Below, one piece after another: positions 11,226 through 22,323 of a stretch of DNA of 32,000 nt. The stretch lies in the NCBI RefSeq assembly GCF_000400465.1, contig NW_008806293.1, positions 122,601 to 154,600 on the forward strand. The letters are read 5' to 3'. Every line of letters begins with the position of its first letter. The first letter of the stretch is position 1. Below the pieces are notes generated by a model that ran no database searches, was not told where the DNA came from, and worked only from the letters and a program-made list of their open reading frames with translations. This DNA comes from Wallemia ichthyophaga EXF-994. Lineage: Eukaryota; Fungi; Basidiomycota. Position numbers and translations under genes: made by a program.

Positions 11226-12696
11226 ATGTTTAGACTCGCAATCAGACAGAATTTACTTGGAAACCTTTCAAGGCGTTGTGGGTGGTCGTTTCTAGTATTA
11301 AATACCCACTCACACCCCCCAAAGCCCTCTCCACCACTCCTTCCACCCACCAACTCCAGAAATTCGCTTTCCCAGCGTGAGCCTTGAGTTTTTCAAGCAA
11401 TCCCTTCTAAATAACTACAGCATGTCCCCTACCATGACTGAAGGTGGTATCGCCTCTTGGAAGAAACAAGCCGGCGATTCCTTCACTGCTGGTGATGTTC
11501 TCCTCGAAATTGAAACCGACAAGGCCACCATGGACGTCGAAGCCCAGGATGAAGGTGTTCTCGCTAAAATTATGCTCGGCGATGGCAACAAATCAATCCC
11601 TATTGGTACTCCCATCGCTATCCTCGCTGAGCAGGGCGATGACCTCTCTGGCGCAGACGCTTTAGCTGAGCAGGCTGCCGCTGAGAGTAAGGAGTCTGCC
11701 ACTGAAGAGAAGCCTGAGGAGAAGCCTGAGCAAAAGTCTGAGCAGAAACCAGAACAAAAGTCTGAAAAAACCCCAGAGAAGCCTAAAGAATCCACTTCCA
11801 CTCCTCCACCAAACACCCCTCGCCAAACCATCGCCGCCACTCCAATCGCTCGCAAGTTGGCTCTCGAAAGAGGTGTCCCTCTCATGCAGCTCAAGGGCTC
11901 CGGCCCAGAAGGTCGCATCACAAAGGAGGACGTCGAAAATTACAAGGCTGCTCCAGCAACCGCCGCACCTTCCGCACCTTCAAAGAACGCCGCCCCTCTC
12001 TTCGAAGACATGCCTGTATCCAACATGCGCAAAGTTATTGGCCAGCGTCTCTCAGAGTCCAAGTCACAGACTCCTCACTACTACGTAACACACGAGGTAG
12101 ACCTCAGCAAGCTTCTCAAGCTGCGCACAGTCTTTAACGGTGCTGCTGAAGCTGAGAAGCGTGCCAAGCTCTCCGTAAACGACTTTATCCTCAAGGGTGT
12201 CGCACTCGCCTTGAAGGAAGTCCCTGAAGCTAACCAGGCATGGCTCGGCGACACCATCCGTCAATACCACCAAGCAGACATCAGTGTAGCTGTTGCCACC
12301 CCCACCGGTCTCATAACCCCTATCATCAAAAACGCTGGTGCAAAGGGATTGGCTGAGATTAGCGCAGAGACAAAGACTCTCGCTGGTAAAGCACGTGATG
12401 GTAAACTCAAACCTGATGAGTACCAAGGAGGTACCTTCACCATCTCTAACCTCGGAATGCTCGGCGTGGACAGTTTCACAGCTATCATTAACCCTCCACA
12501 AAGCTGCATCCTTGCAGTTGGTGCTTCCTCACCTAAGCTCGTCTTGGATGACTCAACTGAAAAAGGCTTCCGTGAAATTCAAACTCTCAAACTCACTATG
12601 AGCTCGGACCACCGCGTCGTCGATGGCGCTATCGCTGCTAGATTCCTCGCTGCACTCAACAAAATCCTCGCTGAGCCTCTCTCCTTGATGCTCTGA
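11226..12696 (+). CDS. LAT1: Dihydrolipoamide acetyltransferase, pyruvate dehydrogenase E2 (introns 11278-11324, 11377-11420)
   Basis: Presequence MFRLAIRQNLLGNLSRR, lipoyl domain PAMSPTMTEGG..ETDKATMD, E3-binding ATPIARKLA and catalytic DHRVVDG. The linker has EKPEQK-type repeats. Confidence 0.97.
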
Positions 12697-12800
12697 GGGT
12701 ATTTAAATAAAATAGATAATCGTTTCCTTCTCTCTTTTCTACCATGTGAAAACAAGTACATAAAAATACATGAATATAACTTAGTGTCATCTCTGACATC

Positions 12801-14559
12801 TCAATAGCGCGTCTTTTTACTAGGCTTTGCATCTTCTGCTTCTTCGACGAAATTGAATGGTGATGGTGAGTGTATGTGGGATGTAGTTTGAGCATTTGTG
12901 TTTGAGGTTGAGTTAGTGTTTGTGTTTGCGTCTGAGTTTGCATTCACATTTGCACTTGTACTCGCCTCACCACCCTCACCCATCCCTCTGAGCAAACTAT
13001 CGAGATCTGAATCATACCCCTTAAACAGCTCAGCCATCGCCTGATGATCATTATGCTGCGACTGCGAAGCCTGCAATATTTCACTTGCCTGTGTCGGGTT
13101 GAGACCCATATTATTCACCACCGTGTTAATCGATTGCTGCAATGCATCTAAATCATACGAAAGTTCATTCAGCTGACTTCGCTGTGCGCCCATCTGGTTC
13201 TCATTCATCTGCACTCCTTCACTCGGATTATTGATTGCGTTGAAATTTAGATAGTCAGATGCGTTGTTATGCGTGTTGTTATGGCCGTTGGTATTATTAC
13301 TCCCTCCCCCTCCGACCAACCTCTGCGTTGTGCGCGGCGATAGTAGACTCGCAAATTGCGCAATATCTAGCTGGCCTGGTGAGATGAGTGCTTTGGAATT
13401 ATCGAACGCTTGCGTGCTGGCGCTGCTCAGTTCTGGGATAGTGAGATGTGGAGATTTTTTAGTGCTTTGGTTGCCGTTGTTCGTCGACGTATTTCTGTTA
13501 TTGTTATTATTATTATTGCCATTGTTGGTACTAGTACTGCTCTCCACATACTCAGATCCAGGTGTGTTTCCCGCCGCGCTGCTTTGGCTCTCTGGACTGA
13601 TGTGGGTGAAGCGAGAGATGTCCTCGTGAGCATTGTGATTCTGATGTTGTTCATACGCATTACTATCGCCACCGCCGAAATCATATGCTGGATTCAACTC
13701 GCCACCCTCCGCAAGATTGTTGAGCATAAGCTGCCGTTTTTTGGGTACCAGCGCCACCTGATTCCCCGGCTGGTCATTATCGTAAGGGTGAGCGGGAGCA
13801 TTAGCGCCAGCAGAAGCAGCGGCACTGGCAGCGTTAACACCAGCCACATCCCCACCATAAACGGAGCTAACGAATTGCAGGAGCTTTTTGATAGTCTCCT
13901 CATGCTGTCTGTGACGCTCCCGCGCAGCTGCCGCCTCCTGCCACAGCCGCTGATTCGATTGCTGGAGAGTGAGCAAGCTGGTGCTGATATAAGCCTGTTG
14001 TTTCTGTATCTGCGTGAATCCAGCAACGACCGTGCCGACATCAATCTGAGCGTCCTGCGTTCCATTACTCGTGGGTGCTGGTTCAATGTAGTTGGTGAGC
14101 TGCTGCGACGCCTCTCCCTCTCCTTTCACTCCAGCCTTCTTCTCCGTCGCTGTGGATACCTTGCGATGGACATCTACCAGCAGATCGGGTTTGTCGCGCT
14201 GGAAATTTTCGTTGGTGAATTCCCAAAGCTCAGAACTACCACCATCGTGGAGAACACCCTGGTGAAGGTGCGGCACTTTGTTGAATCCGTACATGTTTAA
14301 CTGACGGACGAAGGAGGAGTAATTGGAGTGCTTGAAATAGCGGGGAAGTACTTCGCGTGCGAGTGCCTCAGGATTCGGTACAAAAAACGTGTCCCCGGAG
14401 TCCGACCAGTGTATGTATCTATCTGTGTCGCTGTCGTTGACGATTCTAAGGTTAACATGCGTTAGAATTGCTCTCCCAGCTATCCCATCTAACCCACGAA
14501 TACAACTTGTTTATAAATGGTGGTATCTTTAACGCTCGAGCAATATTTCTATCCCCCAT
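12801..14559 (-). CDS. HSF1: Heat shock transcription factor (intron 14446-14497)
   Basis: Spliced HSF DNA-binding domain IPPFINKLYS|IVND..IHWS..LPRYFKHSNYSSFVRQLNMYGFNK, followed by the HR-A/B coiled coil LQQSNQRLWQEA..TIKKLLQFV. Confidence 0.94.
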
Positions 14560-14761
14560 TGCCAGATTTCAAATTTCTATCTTATGTAATGAATCGGTTT
14601 GAGTTTGAGAAGGGCACAAGTCCATGTAAACCACTTTTCATTCAATTTTTCTAAACGAGCGTGAATGTATTAAATAGAATACTGTATCAACAATTATTAA
14701 GTTATCTTCTCTTTATCGCTGTGATTTTCGTCTTTAGTGAATTTCTGCATTATGTCTCATT

Positions 14762-16252
14762 TCAGATACGACTTCTCTCTCCAAACATATCGCGAATGTG
14801 CTGCTTGAGCCACTCAGGCGTCATATCAAAGTTATAGTAGTCATCCGTATCGATTACTCCGTCATTGATCGCCTTGCGCCAGTTCCAGTCGTTTCCTTGC
14901 TCACCCTTGTAAGCCCAGAAGGCGGATCCAGCAAGAGCGCCGACCCAGAGAGACTGTTCAGCCTGGTATGTGTATCTGAGGCTCTCGACGTCCTGTTCGT
15001 ATGGACGAGCATTCGAGTACTCTCCAATAAAGATTGGCAAGTGTGATGCAGCTGCTTCCGTTGCAAATTTAGCGAGATCATCCGCAATGCTTGCGTCCGT
15101 GACTGAGGCTGGATCACTGTATGCCCAGTAGCGGTGTACATCCAAAGCAACATTCTCACCCTGTGTAAACATGTCGCTCCATTTGGCTGGCCCGAGGAAC
15201 GCGTCGGATGTGACGAGTGTGAAACCCGCTTTGTTGACAATATCGTACGACTCCACAGCGAACTTCTTTGTCGTGCCGATCTGGTCGTCGTTCTCGGGTT
15301 TGATCTCATTCGCGTTTTCTATCCCAGCAATCATGCATTGCGTGTCTTCAGGCAACGACTGCACATACTCCGTCACCGCGCGCACTGTGTTCAGCGCTCT
15401 TTCCCAGTATTGAGAGGTCTGCGTGAGGAAGTATGCTTCACCAAGTCTGCCTGAATGTTCGAGGCCGTTTTGTGAGCCTGGATAGTTGTAAGCGTCGTTG
15501 AATTAATTCTCTCTTCGCCTACCTGGTACAGCATGGATGTCAATCACTGCATGCAGTCCGTATGCCGGAAGGAGATTGAGCACACGAGTGAGCTCCATCT
15601 TCTGTGCTTCATCCGTAGGGTATGGCTCGTCGCCTGTCGTGTCGATGAATGCATAGAATGGTACCGGGATTCTAACCATGTTTGCGCCGTGGTTGCTAAT
15701 GTACTCCAAATCACTTTCGAGTATGTAGCCTTCCCAGTTAGTGCGCATCTCTTCAGTGCATTCCGCTGTTCTGCCCGCACATTGCGAGTAGATGTCGCCG
15801 TTGTACGATATACCGTCTGGGTGTCCCATCCATGACCACTCGGGGATCAGCCAGTTGCCGAGATTGACTCCGATTGCTGGCTCACTGCTCCACCAATCCC
15901 ACTTGTGACACTTGCCGTTGTCATCTTGAGGTGGTGGCTGCATGTCATTCTCATCTGTCTCACCACTATCTTGATCGCCATCGTAGTTTGGTTGTTCAGG
16001 CTCTCCACCATTTTCTGGGTAGTCGGGGTATCCAGCTTCATTTCCATTGTTGGGGTAGTCAGGATAATCCTCACCACCCTCTTCACCGCCTCCCACTGGG
16101 AAAGTTGGGCCGAGCTCTGGCGCGTCTGGTCTGAATGAACCGCCTTGTCCGTTCGCATTGTCGAATCCAGGGAAAGGAAGTCCACCACCGTGTCCTCCGT
16201 TGCCGAGGGCTCCTTGATATCCCTTCCATAATTGACTGCCGACTTCTGACAT
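14762..16252 (-). CDS. Glycoside hydrolase family 5, exo-beta-1,3-glucanase-like (intron 15478-15522)
   Basis: GVNLGNWLIPE, GANMVRIP, IDIHAVPG|SQNG, acid/base NE (IENANE), nucleophile IGEY and GSAFWAYK. Preceded by an acidic G/P/D/E-rich N-terminal region. Confidence 0.88.
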
Positions 16253-16664
16253 TATCTTGTTTCTAGCTTACGATACAGCGAGCGAGGGTGGTCGGTGGGT
16301 TGTTGTGGAACAAATAAATATGTACTGAAGAAAGAGTATAGTTTATTTACTTTAGTCTTTCACTTCATCGGCATCTTCGCGTCTTCACTAGTGTGGAATG
16401 TGAAAGTAAAAGACGGTCTATTTGAAGAAATTTAATGATATTCATATCTCATTAGCTTATTTTGTTCTAGATCGTAGCTACCCTGCCTTTTTTGGTTGTT
16501 TGCACGGTTGCATGGCTCGCTGAAACATTTTTCAGGGTGGAATATCAAGTGGAGGTGATGGTCAAATGAATGGAACGTGATTTAAAAGAATTGGAGTGAT
16601 TAAACAGGTGCTTTTAGACAGTTTTCACTATGAGACAGGAGTTAGTGTGTTTTCTAAGGCATCA

Positions 16665-16674
16665 ATGACGTCAT
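16665..16674. promoter_or_regulatory. Perfect CRE-type palindrome ATGACGTCAT (ATF/CREB or CYS3/MetR-type bZIP site)
   Basis: Exact 10-bp palindrome in the divergent intergenic region between the GH5 gene and the orphan cluster. It also fits the ATGRYRYCAT consensus. Function is not demonstrated. Confidence 0.4.
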
Positions 16675-16862
16675 GCAAAATCAGTGCGTAAAGTGAGACT
16701 TACACGAGCTTTTAGCTGGCGATGACTACTTTCTAATACTTTTAAGGGGGCTGATTGCTGATCAGAAACGTCAACCACTTCAGCTCAGACTGGTCGCTAT
16801 CAACAACTCACAACTCACAACTGTCAATACATGCCTCCAATTTAATGTAAGAACTTGCAAGC

Positions 16863-16870
16863 TATATAAA
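16863..16870 (+). promoter_or_regulatory. TATA box TATATAAA
   Basis: Consensus TATA about 130 nt upstream of ATG 17002. Confidence 0.4.
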
Positions 16871-17001
16871 TACGTAGAAATTTGTGTCAAAATTGATTAA
16901 ATAATCATCCCTCGGAACTTCTCATTACCCACTAAGAACCGAGCAGAGTGGGTGGTGAGCATTTAAAGCTTCCGAGAAGTAGAGGATAGTAGAGGGTGGT
17001 A

Positions 17002-17394
17002 ATGAATGCGCCCAAAACGCTGAGGAAGCAGCAGCATCCGTCAAATACACACACAAGCACCTCATTGTCAAATCGTATAAATGCCAATTCGACAAACAAG
17101 GCGGAGGCAACAATTAAAGACAATCGATATCGCCTCCTTACTTTAGCATCCATAGAATGGCCATAACACTACATTCTCGAGTTGTCGTTGGATCACTTTG
17201 TGTTTGCAATCATCCCGCTCGGATGGATGGTGGCTGCTTGGGTGGCAAGCGATTTACTCAAGTATTACCTCGCCATAGTCTGGGTACTGGTGAGCTTGAT
17301 TTTCAAGGGCTTGTTTGTTTTAGCCATTGGATGGCAGAGACCTTCAAATCGATCACTTGACGAACTAACTCAAATTCAACCTTGGACTTCATAG
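17002..17394 (+). pseudogene. Possible disrupted small membrane-protein gene (130 codons with one in-frame TAA at 17164)
   Basis: ATG 17002 reads 54 codons to TAA. The same frame then continues open through hydrophobic segments (FVFAIIPLGWMVAAWVA; YYLAIVWVLVSLIFKGLFVLAIGW) to TAG 17394. Confidence 0.3.
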
Positions 17395-17467
17395 CGTAAT
17401 CTTCCACACCTTCAAATATAACATTTTTATTGCTATTTGTTTCACTTCGCCTTTGAAAAGAAACACA

Positions 17468-18377
17468 ATCACTGCCAATGAAATTCGAACGCGAGGAGAA
17501 AGTCATTAGAGACGAGCACAAAGATAGTAGGGTACAGAAAGAGCTTGAGAAAGAGGAAACTGAGAAGGAAGACAATGAGATAAGAGCGAACATGTTCAAT
17601 TCCCACCCACGTTGGGCGAAGCTCTACATTTTTGTCTTAGCCTGCCAAATTCTTCTTTCTGTTGGCTCAATATTGGCTATTCTGGTGTTTTGCTTTACGC
17701 TCCGCCATATTACCGAAAAAAACTTAACGCTCGGCCATGTCAAGGAGATTATGTGTGCTTTTATGACTATCAAGGTTTTAGAGGCTTTCTACGATTTCTT
17801 CAGCTATTCTGAAAAGTCGATTATCTCCATCCTTCGTCAGAAGCGAATTTACGGGGCGAGTCTGTACGATTTAGAAAATAATGCTGTGGAAGAGAAGATA
17901 GCCTCAATGCAGGAAAAAGTTGTGCGCAAGAAAAGCGAATTGGTAGCGGAACAGTGCTAATTTCTCCTTTCTGAGTTATCGAATTCGGACAATGATACCT
18001 ACACTCACTCCTCACTCTTTAAGCTCAATTTAGTGGCTCGGGGATGATACATCTCATTATTTGCAAACATATTCATTAGCATCTTATACCTCTGGAAAAG
18101 CTTTTACATTAATCCTGATAGACATACTTGCATGTACATGTAATCCAACTTGAACATCTCAGGCTTTCTTAGGATTTGGTTGGATGGAATGAGAAGAAGG
18201 TGGAATCACTCAAACACAGGTCTGATTTTCATAGCATTCTTCTGCGTATTAAAACATTATTGTCTGCGTTACTGATTTTATTTTACTTGTCTTTCCATTT
18301 GCCGAGGTCTTACACCCCACCTCTCCTCATCTCACACCCATCACCATCACTGCCAATGAAATTCGAACGCGAGGAGA
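17468..18377 (+). repeat. 32-bp exact direct repeat spanning the start codons of the two paralogs (17468-17499 and 18346-18377)
   Basis: ATCACTGCCAATGAAATTCGAACGCGAGGAGA occurs twice, 878 bp apart. Confidence 0.9.
17478..17960 (+). CDS. Orphan 160-aa protein with hydrophobic core, tandem paralog A
   Basis: ATG-initiated ORF with a charged N-terminus and hydrophobic segment LYIFVLACQILLSVGSILAILVFCF. Homologous at both termini to 18356-18838. Confidence 0.7.
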   Translation: MKFEREEKVIRDEHKDSRVQKELEKEETEKEDNEIRANMFNSHPRWAKLYIFVLACQILLSVGSILAILVFCFTLRHITEKNLTLGHVKEIMCAFMTIKVLEAFYDFFSYSEKSIISILRQKRIYGASLYDLENNAVEEKIASMQEKVVRKKSELVAEQC

Positions 18378-18838
18378 GAGTTGTTAGGGACGAGCGCAAG
18401 AACCACGTGCTCCAGAAAGGTTTTGACAAAGAGAAATCTGAGAGATTAGCGCATATGCCTCAATTCAGGTACCGCTTCGAAAAGCTCTTCAAATCGTTCA
18501 TAGTCTGGCATATTTTTATGGCTATTTATCTACTAGTTGTGGTAATTTGTCATCCAGAGACGCACCTTATTGGTCACATAAACAAGCTTAAAATTTATTT
18601 AGGTATGAATCCGGATAATCCATGTTTAAATCCGGTAATTCTCTTGAATATATCCAATATCATTGTCTTTCTTTTCAACTTGCATATCCGCCGCGAAAAA
18701 CGGATCTGGGAAGCGAGTTTGAGCAACGAGAATAAAGATGTAGAGAACAATGCAGCGGTGAATGATAAGTGCCTGTCAATCTCAGAGGAGAAGGGAGTTG
18801 TGGGAGATACTGGCGCACATGTATTGGAAAAGTGCTAA
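18356..18838 (+). CDS. Orphan 160-aa protein with hydrophobic core, tandem paralog B
   Basis: The first ATG of the 18176 (TTG) ORF is at 18356. It has the same MKFEREE start, the same length and a terminal Cys like paralog A. Confidence 0.7.
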   Translation: MKFEREERVVRDERKNHVLQKGFDKEKSERLAHMPQFRYRFEKLFKSFIVWHIFMAIYLLVVVICHPETHLIGHINKLKIYLGMNPDNPCLNPVILLNISNIIVFLFNLHIRREKRIWEASLSNENKDVENNAAVNDKCLSISEEKGVVGDTGAHVLEKC

Positions 18839-19022
18839 TTTGTGTAAAGGTATCGGACTTGGATGAAGATATCAAGTTTCAATTAATTCAGAAGCGTTGT
18901 TTTCTAGACGCACAGGAAGGACATGTCTCAATTTGTACAAAAAATTAATAAATATGATATATGTTTTCAGATTGAAAATAATAGTTCATCAGAAACATTA
19001 CAAATTACTCTGCAGATTGCAT

Positions 19023-19590
19023 TCACCCGAAAATACGCTTGAACTCATCTTGATAGATGTACAAATCCGGTTCGGAGAAAAGGACAAAAGTTACGCTAGT
19101 CTGATGAGCGAGCTCGTTAGGTGGATTAATCCAAGTTTACCAGGCGTACCTCTTTATGTGTTTCCAGAAAGTCTCTGACCGTCTTTAAAGCCACTTCTGA
19201 AGCCTCCTCTATCGGGTAGCCATATATACCTGTGCTGATGCTAGGAAAAGCGATGCTATGTATGCTGTTCTCATGCGCGCATTCCAAGCTGCTTCTGTAG
19301 GCGTTACGGAGAAGTTCCTCCCTCCTGCTACTCGAGTACCTCGGTCCAACGGTGTGAATGACGTACTTGGAAGGCAGATTATATCCCTTTGTCAGCTTCG
19401 CTTCACCGGTACGGCAGCCATTCAATTTGCGGCACTCTTCGAGCAGCCCCGGTCCAGCGGTTTTGTGGATCTGGCCATCAACGCCACCGCCGCCGAGGAG
19501 TGACTCGTTTGCGGCGTTTACTATGGCATCTACGGTGGTCAATTTTGTAATATCGCCACGCAATACGTTGATACGATTGATAACGCTCAT
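19023..19590 (-). CDS. Macrodomain protein, MacroD-type (ADP-ribose / O-acetyl-ADP-ribose hydrolase; intron 19101-19149)
   Basis: RGDIT, DAIVNAAN, LLGGGGVDG, VIHTVGP and IAFPSISTGIYGYP. The spliced last exon is TSVTFVLFSEPDLYIY. Confidence 0.93.
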
Positions 19591-19825
19591 GTGAGTGTGG
19601 TGTAAAGTTGGTCGATATGCGTCCAATATAGCAGCAAAAGAAAGCTGTGATAAGAACTCTGAGGAGTATAAACGCTCTCTGGCAATACACTACTATGAAA
19701 CCCCCTAATTACCATAATAGGGTAGGGCATGCAAATTTTCAGATAGCTGCGTACGAGAAGAAATGGGAGGGAAACTGTCTTTAATTTTACTCTGAATAAG
19801 CAAGAACCACCTACGAGCTCATTAA

Positions 19826-19852
19826 ATGACTCAACCTGTCACAATCATGTAA
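19826..19852 (+). promoter_or_regulatory. Candidate uORF (MTQPVTIM*) overlapping a TGACTCA AP-1/Gcn4 site, upstream of the bZIP gene
   Basis: ATG ACT CAA CCT GTC ACA ATC ATG TAA ends 57 nt before ATG 19910. The transcription start is unknown. Confidence 0.35.
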
Positions 19853-19909
19853 ATCACAAATCTATCACATTAACATTAACAATCATCACAAAATCACAAA
19901 ACCTTGAAA

Positions 19910-20809
19910 ATGCCTTCATCGACGCTACCGCCTTTGAATTGGCTAGTCAGTCCGCCGCAGAGCACAGAGACATCGCCGACGAATCCAGAAACCAACCAGA
20001 CGTGCGTGGAGTGGAGTGATTACAGCCAGCCAGTGTACTGATTTACCCATAGGAGCCATGATCAGCTCAGCGTTCCTATCCAGCCTGACGAGCTCACCGA
20101 GCAGCTCGATCTGTGGGCGAATGTCAAATTCGACTTTGATAGCCCCGACAACGCCGCAGGCGGTCAGCTAGCCAGTCTCGACGACGAGTATGCCAACGCT
20201 CTCACATTCGACACGGACCAGAAGCCGCAGATCAAGCGACAGAAATACGACTTGGATGCTGCACTAGCGGGTGTTGTGGGTGCGGGTGGCGCGGGTGGTG
20301 CGCAAGCGAACAGCGTGCCAGCCAGCAGTGTGCCTTCGCTCCTCCCTCAATCTGAACCTACCCTGGAGACTATCAGTGCGCTCCTCAAAGAAGCACCCTC
20401 AGCGCCCCTCCTCAGCAACAGCACCACAAACAACGCTCACGAGGAGGACGACGATGATGAGCACAATGACGAGGACAAGGTGGTGCGCAGACGCCGTTTC
20501 AAGAAGCTGCCTATGCCCCCTGTCCAGCAGAAGGACGGCGAGTCGTACGACCAGGCTAAAAAGCGCACTGAGAAGGAGCACAGAGAGGCGGAGACGGCGG
20601 CTAAGAAGGAGCTGGAGGAGGACAAGCGTCGCAGAAACACAGCAGCTTCGGCTAGATTCAGAGTTAAGAAGAAGGCTAGGGAGGCTGCTCTCGAGCAGGA
20701 GACAAACGAGTATAAAGGTCGTCTGGAGCAGGCGGAAAGGGCAGTCAGCGATCTCAAACGCGAGAATGGTTGGCTTAGAGGGTTGATTATAAACTCGAAT
20801 AGGGCTTAG
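19910..20809 (+). CDS. bZIP transcription factor, MetR/CYS-3/Zip1 (sulfur-regulator) type (intron 20002-20052)
   Basis: Basic region EEDKRRRNTAASARFRVKKKARE with a zipper ending ENGWLRGLI. The N-terminal motif EQLDLWANVKFDFD joins in frame after splicing. Confidence 0.85.
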
Positions 20810-20958
20810 TCTCATCTGTCCTTTTTCGTTGAAATTCATGTACCATCACCACACTCGTATCTCGGATATAGTCATTTGTTTATAGTTATACGTGTTCATA
20901 TATATTCAAATGAATAAATATCTTTTTCTTCTCACCCATTAAACCCCATTGACACCCA

Positions 20959-22032
20959 CTAAAACCCAAAAATGAGATCGGCAAGTTTACCGCCCCAGCT
21001 GGAACCACTTTGCTGCGGCTGGACTTGCTGTGCGGAGATGCCATATTCATTGCTAGACTTGTTAGCGCTGGGAGAATTAAACATGGTCCTGAGTGAAGCA
21101 GTGCTAGACTGCGGTTTAGGGGAGGGTTTGAAAGCCTGTGAGGGCGGGAGCGGGGTAAGATGCTTGCTATCGTGGTGCTGGGAAGGAGGTGCACTCTGAG
21201 CATGCTCTTCACTCCCGCCATGTGTCAATTTAACACCGAGCATTACGCCGCCCAGGTCATCCACCTTGACGCCATTCCACTTGATTGCTCTGCTGGCAGC
21301 GAGAGTGTCCGCAAACACCGCATCTATCCAGTTGACGCCGTCGCTCACGCTCTCCACCTGACCGAACTGGGGTATGAAGACGTCCATCATTCTCGCTCGG
21401 AGGTTATCGCCTATGCCGAAGAAAGTAACGCTGCGAGTTTCGAGAGGCGCGTGTATCCTTGTTGGCTGCGGAGCGTGGTGCCATGGAGTCAAATTGTGTA
21501 TCTGCTTCGCTGAGGGTGCGTTTGTATGTTGTGAGGGTGCCTTAGCAGCTGTATTAGCAGCCGCATTACCCGTGTCGGATTGGAATTGATGTACATTATC
21601 CTCGTCTTGGAGGAACATTGTTGGCGGTGCCTCCTGGTCGTCTTCTAGGCGTCCGTACAAACTGTTACGGGGGGATTTGGAGAGCGGTGTGGAGATACTG
21701 CCAAAGAGGGAGCCTGCACCGAAAGCACCCCCGCTGACGCTGTGGTTTACGCTTTGGTTCGGTGTGTGGTGGGCACTAGACTGGGAAGTGGAAAGCGGGG
21801 AGCGGGATAAAGACTGCTGGGATGAGCTGTGTGCGTGGCTGGATTGGGTCTCCTGGCGCGGTGGTGTGGATACTGGTATAGAAGATCCTCGGGCAGCGCT
21901 GCTGAGATATCCTGGGAGGTACGACGTGCTCTCTGAATTGGCCGTCTGAGCTGATTGGCTGGTGGAGGATGACTGCGCTGGAGTTTGCGTACTTCTGCTT
22001 AAATCGTTGAATGTAAGTGGACTATTGAACAT
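20959..22032 (-). CDS. NUP53: Nucleoporin Nup53/Nup35 family
   Basis: S/T-rich N-terminus, DQEAPPTMFL motif, RRM-like domain (SVTFFG..FGQV..NWIDAVF..AIKWNG..MLGVK) and C-terminal amphipathic helix SWGGKLADLIFGF. Confidence 0.85.
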   Translation of the reverse strand: MFNSPLTFNDLSRSTQTPAQSSSTSQSAQTANSESTSYLPGYLSSAARGSSIPVSTPPRQETQSSHAHSSSQQSLSRSPLSTSQSSAHHTPNQSVNHSVSGGAFGAGSLFGSISTPLSKSPRNSLYGRLEDDQEAPPTMFLQDEDNVHQFQSDTGNAAANTAAKAPSQHTNAPSAKQIHNLTPWHHAPQPTRIHAPLETRSVTFFGIGDNLRARMMDVFIPQFGQVESVSDGVNWIDAVFADTLAASRAIKWNGVKVDDLGGVMLGVKLTHGGSEEHAQSAPPSQHHDSKHLTPLPPSQAFKPSPKPQSSTASLRTMFNSPSANKSSNEYGISAQQVQPQQSGSSWGGKLADLIFGF

Positions 22033-22323
22033 GATGAAGGTTTGGGAGAAGAAGTTGTATAGGTGGTAGTTGAAGGGAGTATAACCCCTAGCGGTGTATT
22101 TGATGTGTATACGATGTATCTATAAGCAGATTTCCATTCTAATCAATTGTACACTTACGAATACGGCGTAGTCATTTAGAGGGAAGTACAGAAACAACGC
22201 GTATTAAAACTCGTGAATTGACTGTGTTTATCATTAACAGCCTCTCAAAATTCATTTTACACCTTTTAGAGTCAAATATTACGCGTCATATTTCCCCTTT
22301 CACCAACGACCAACTACTGTAAT

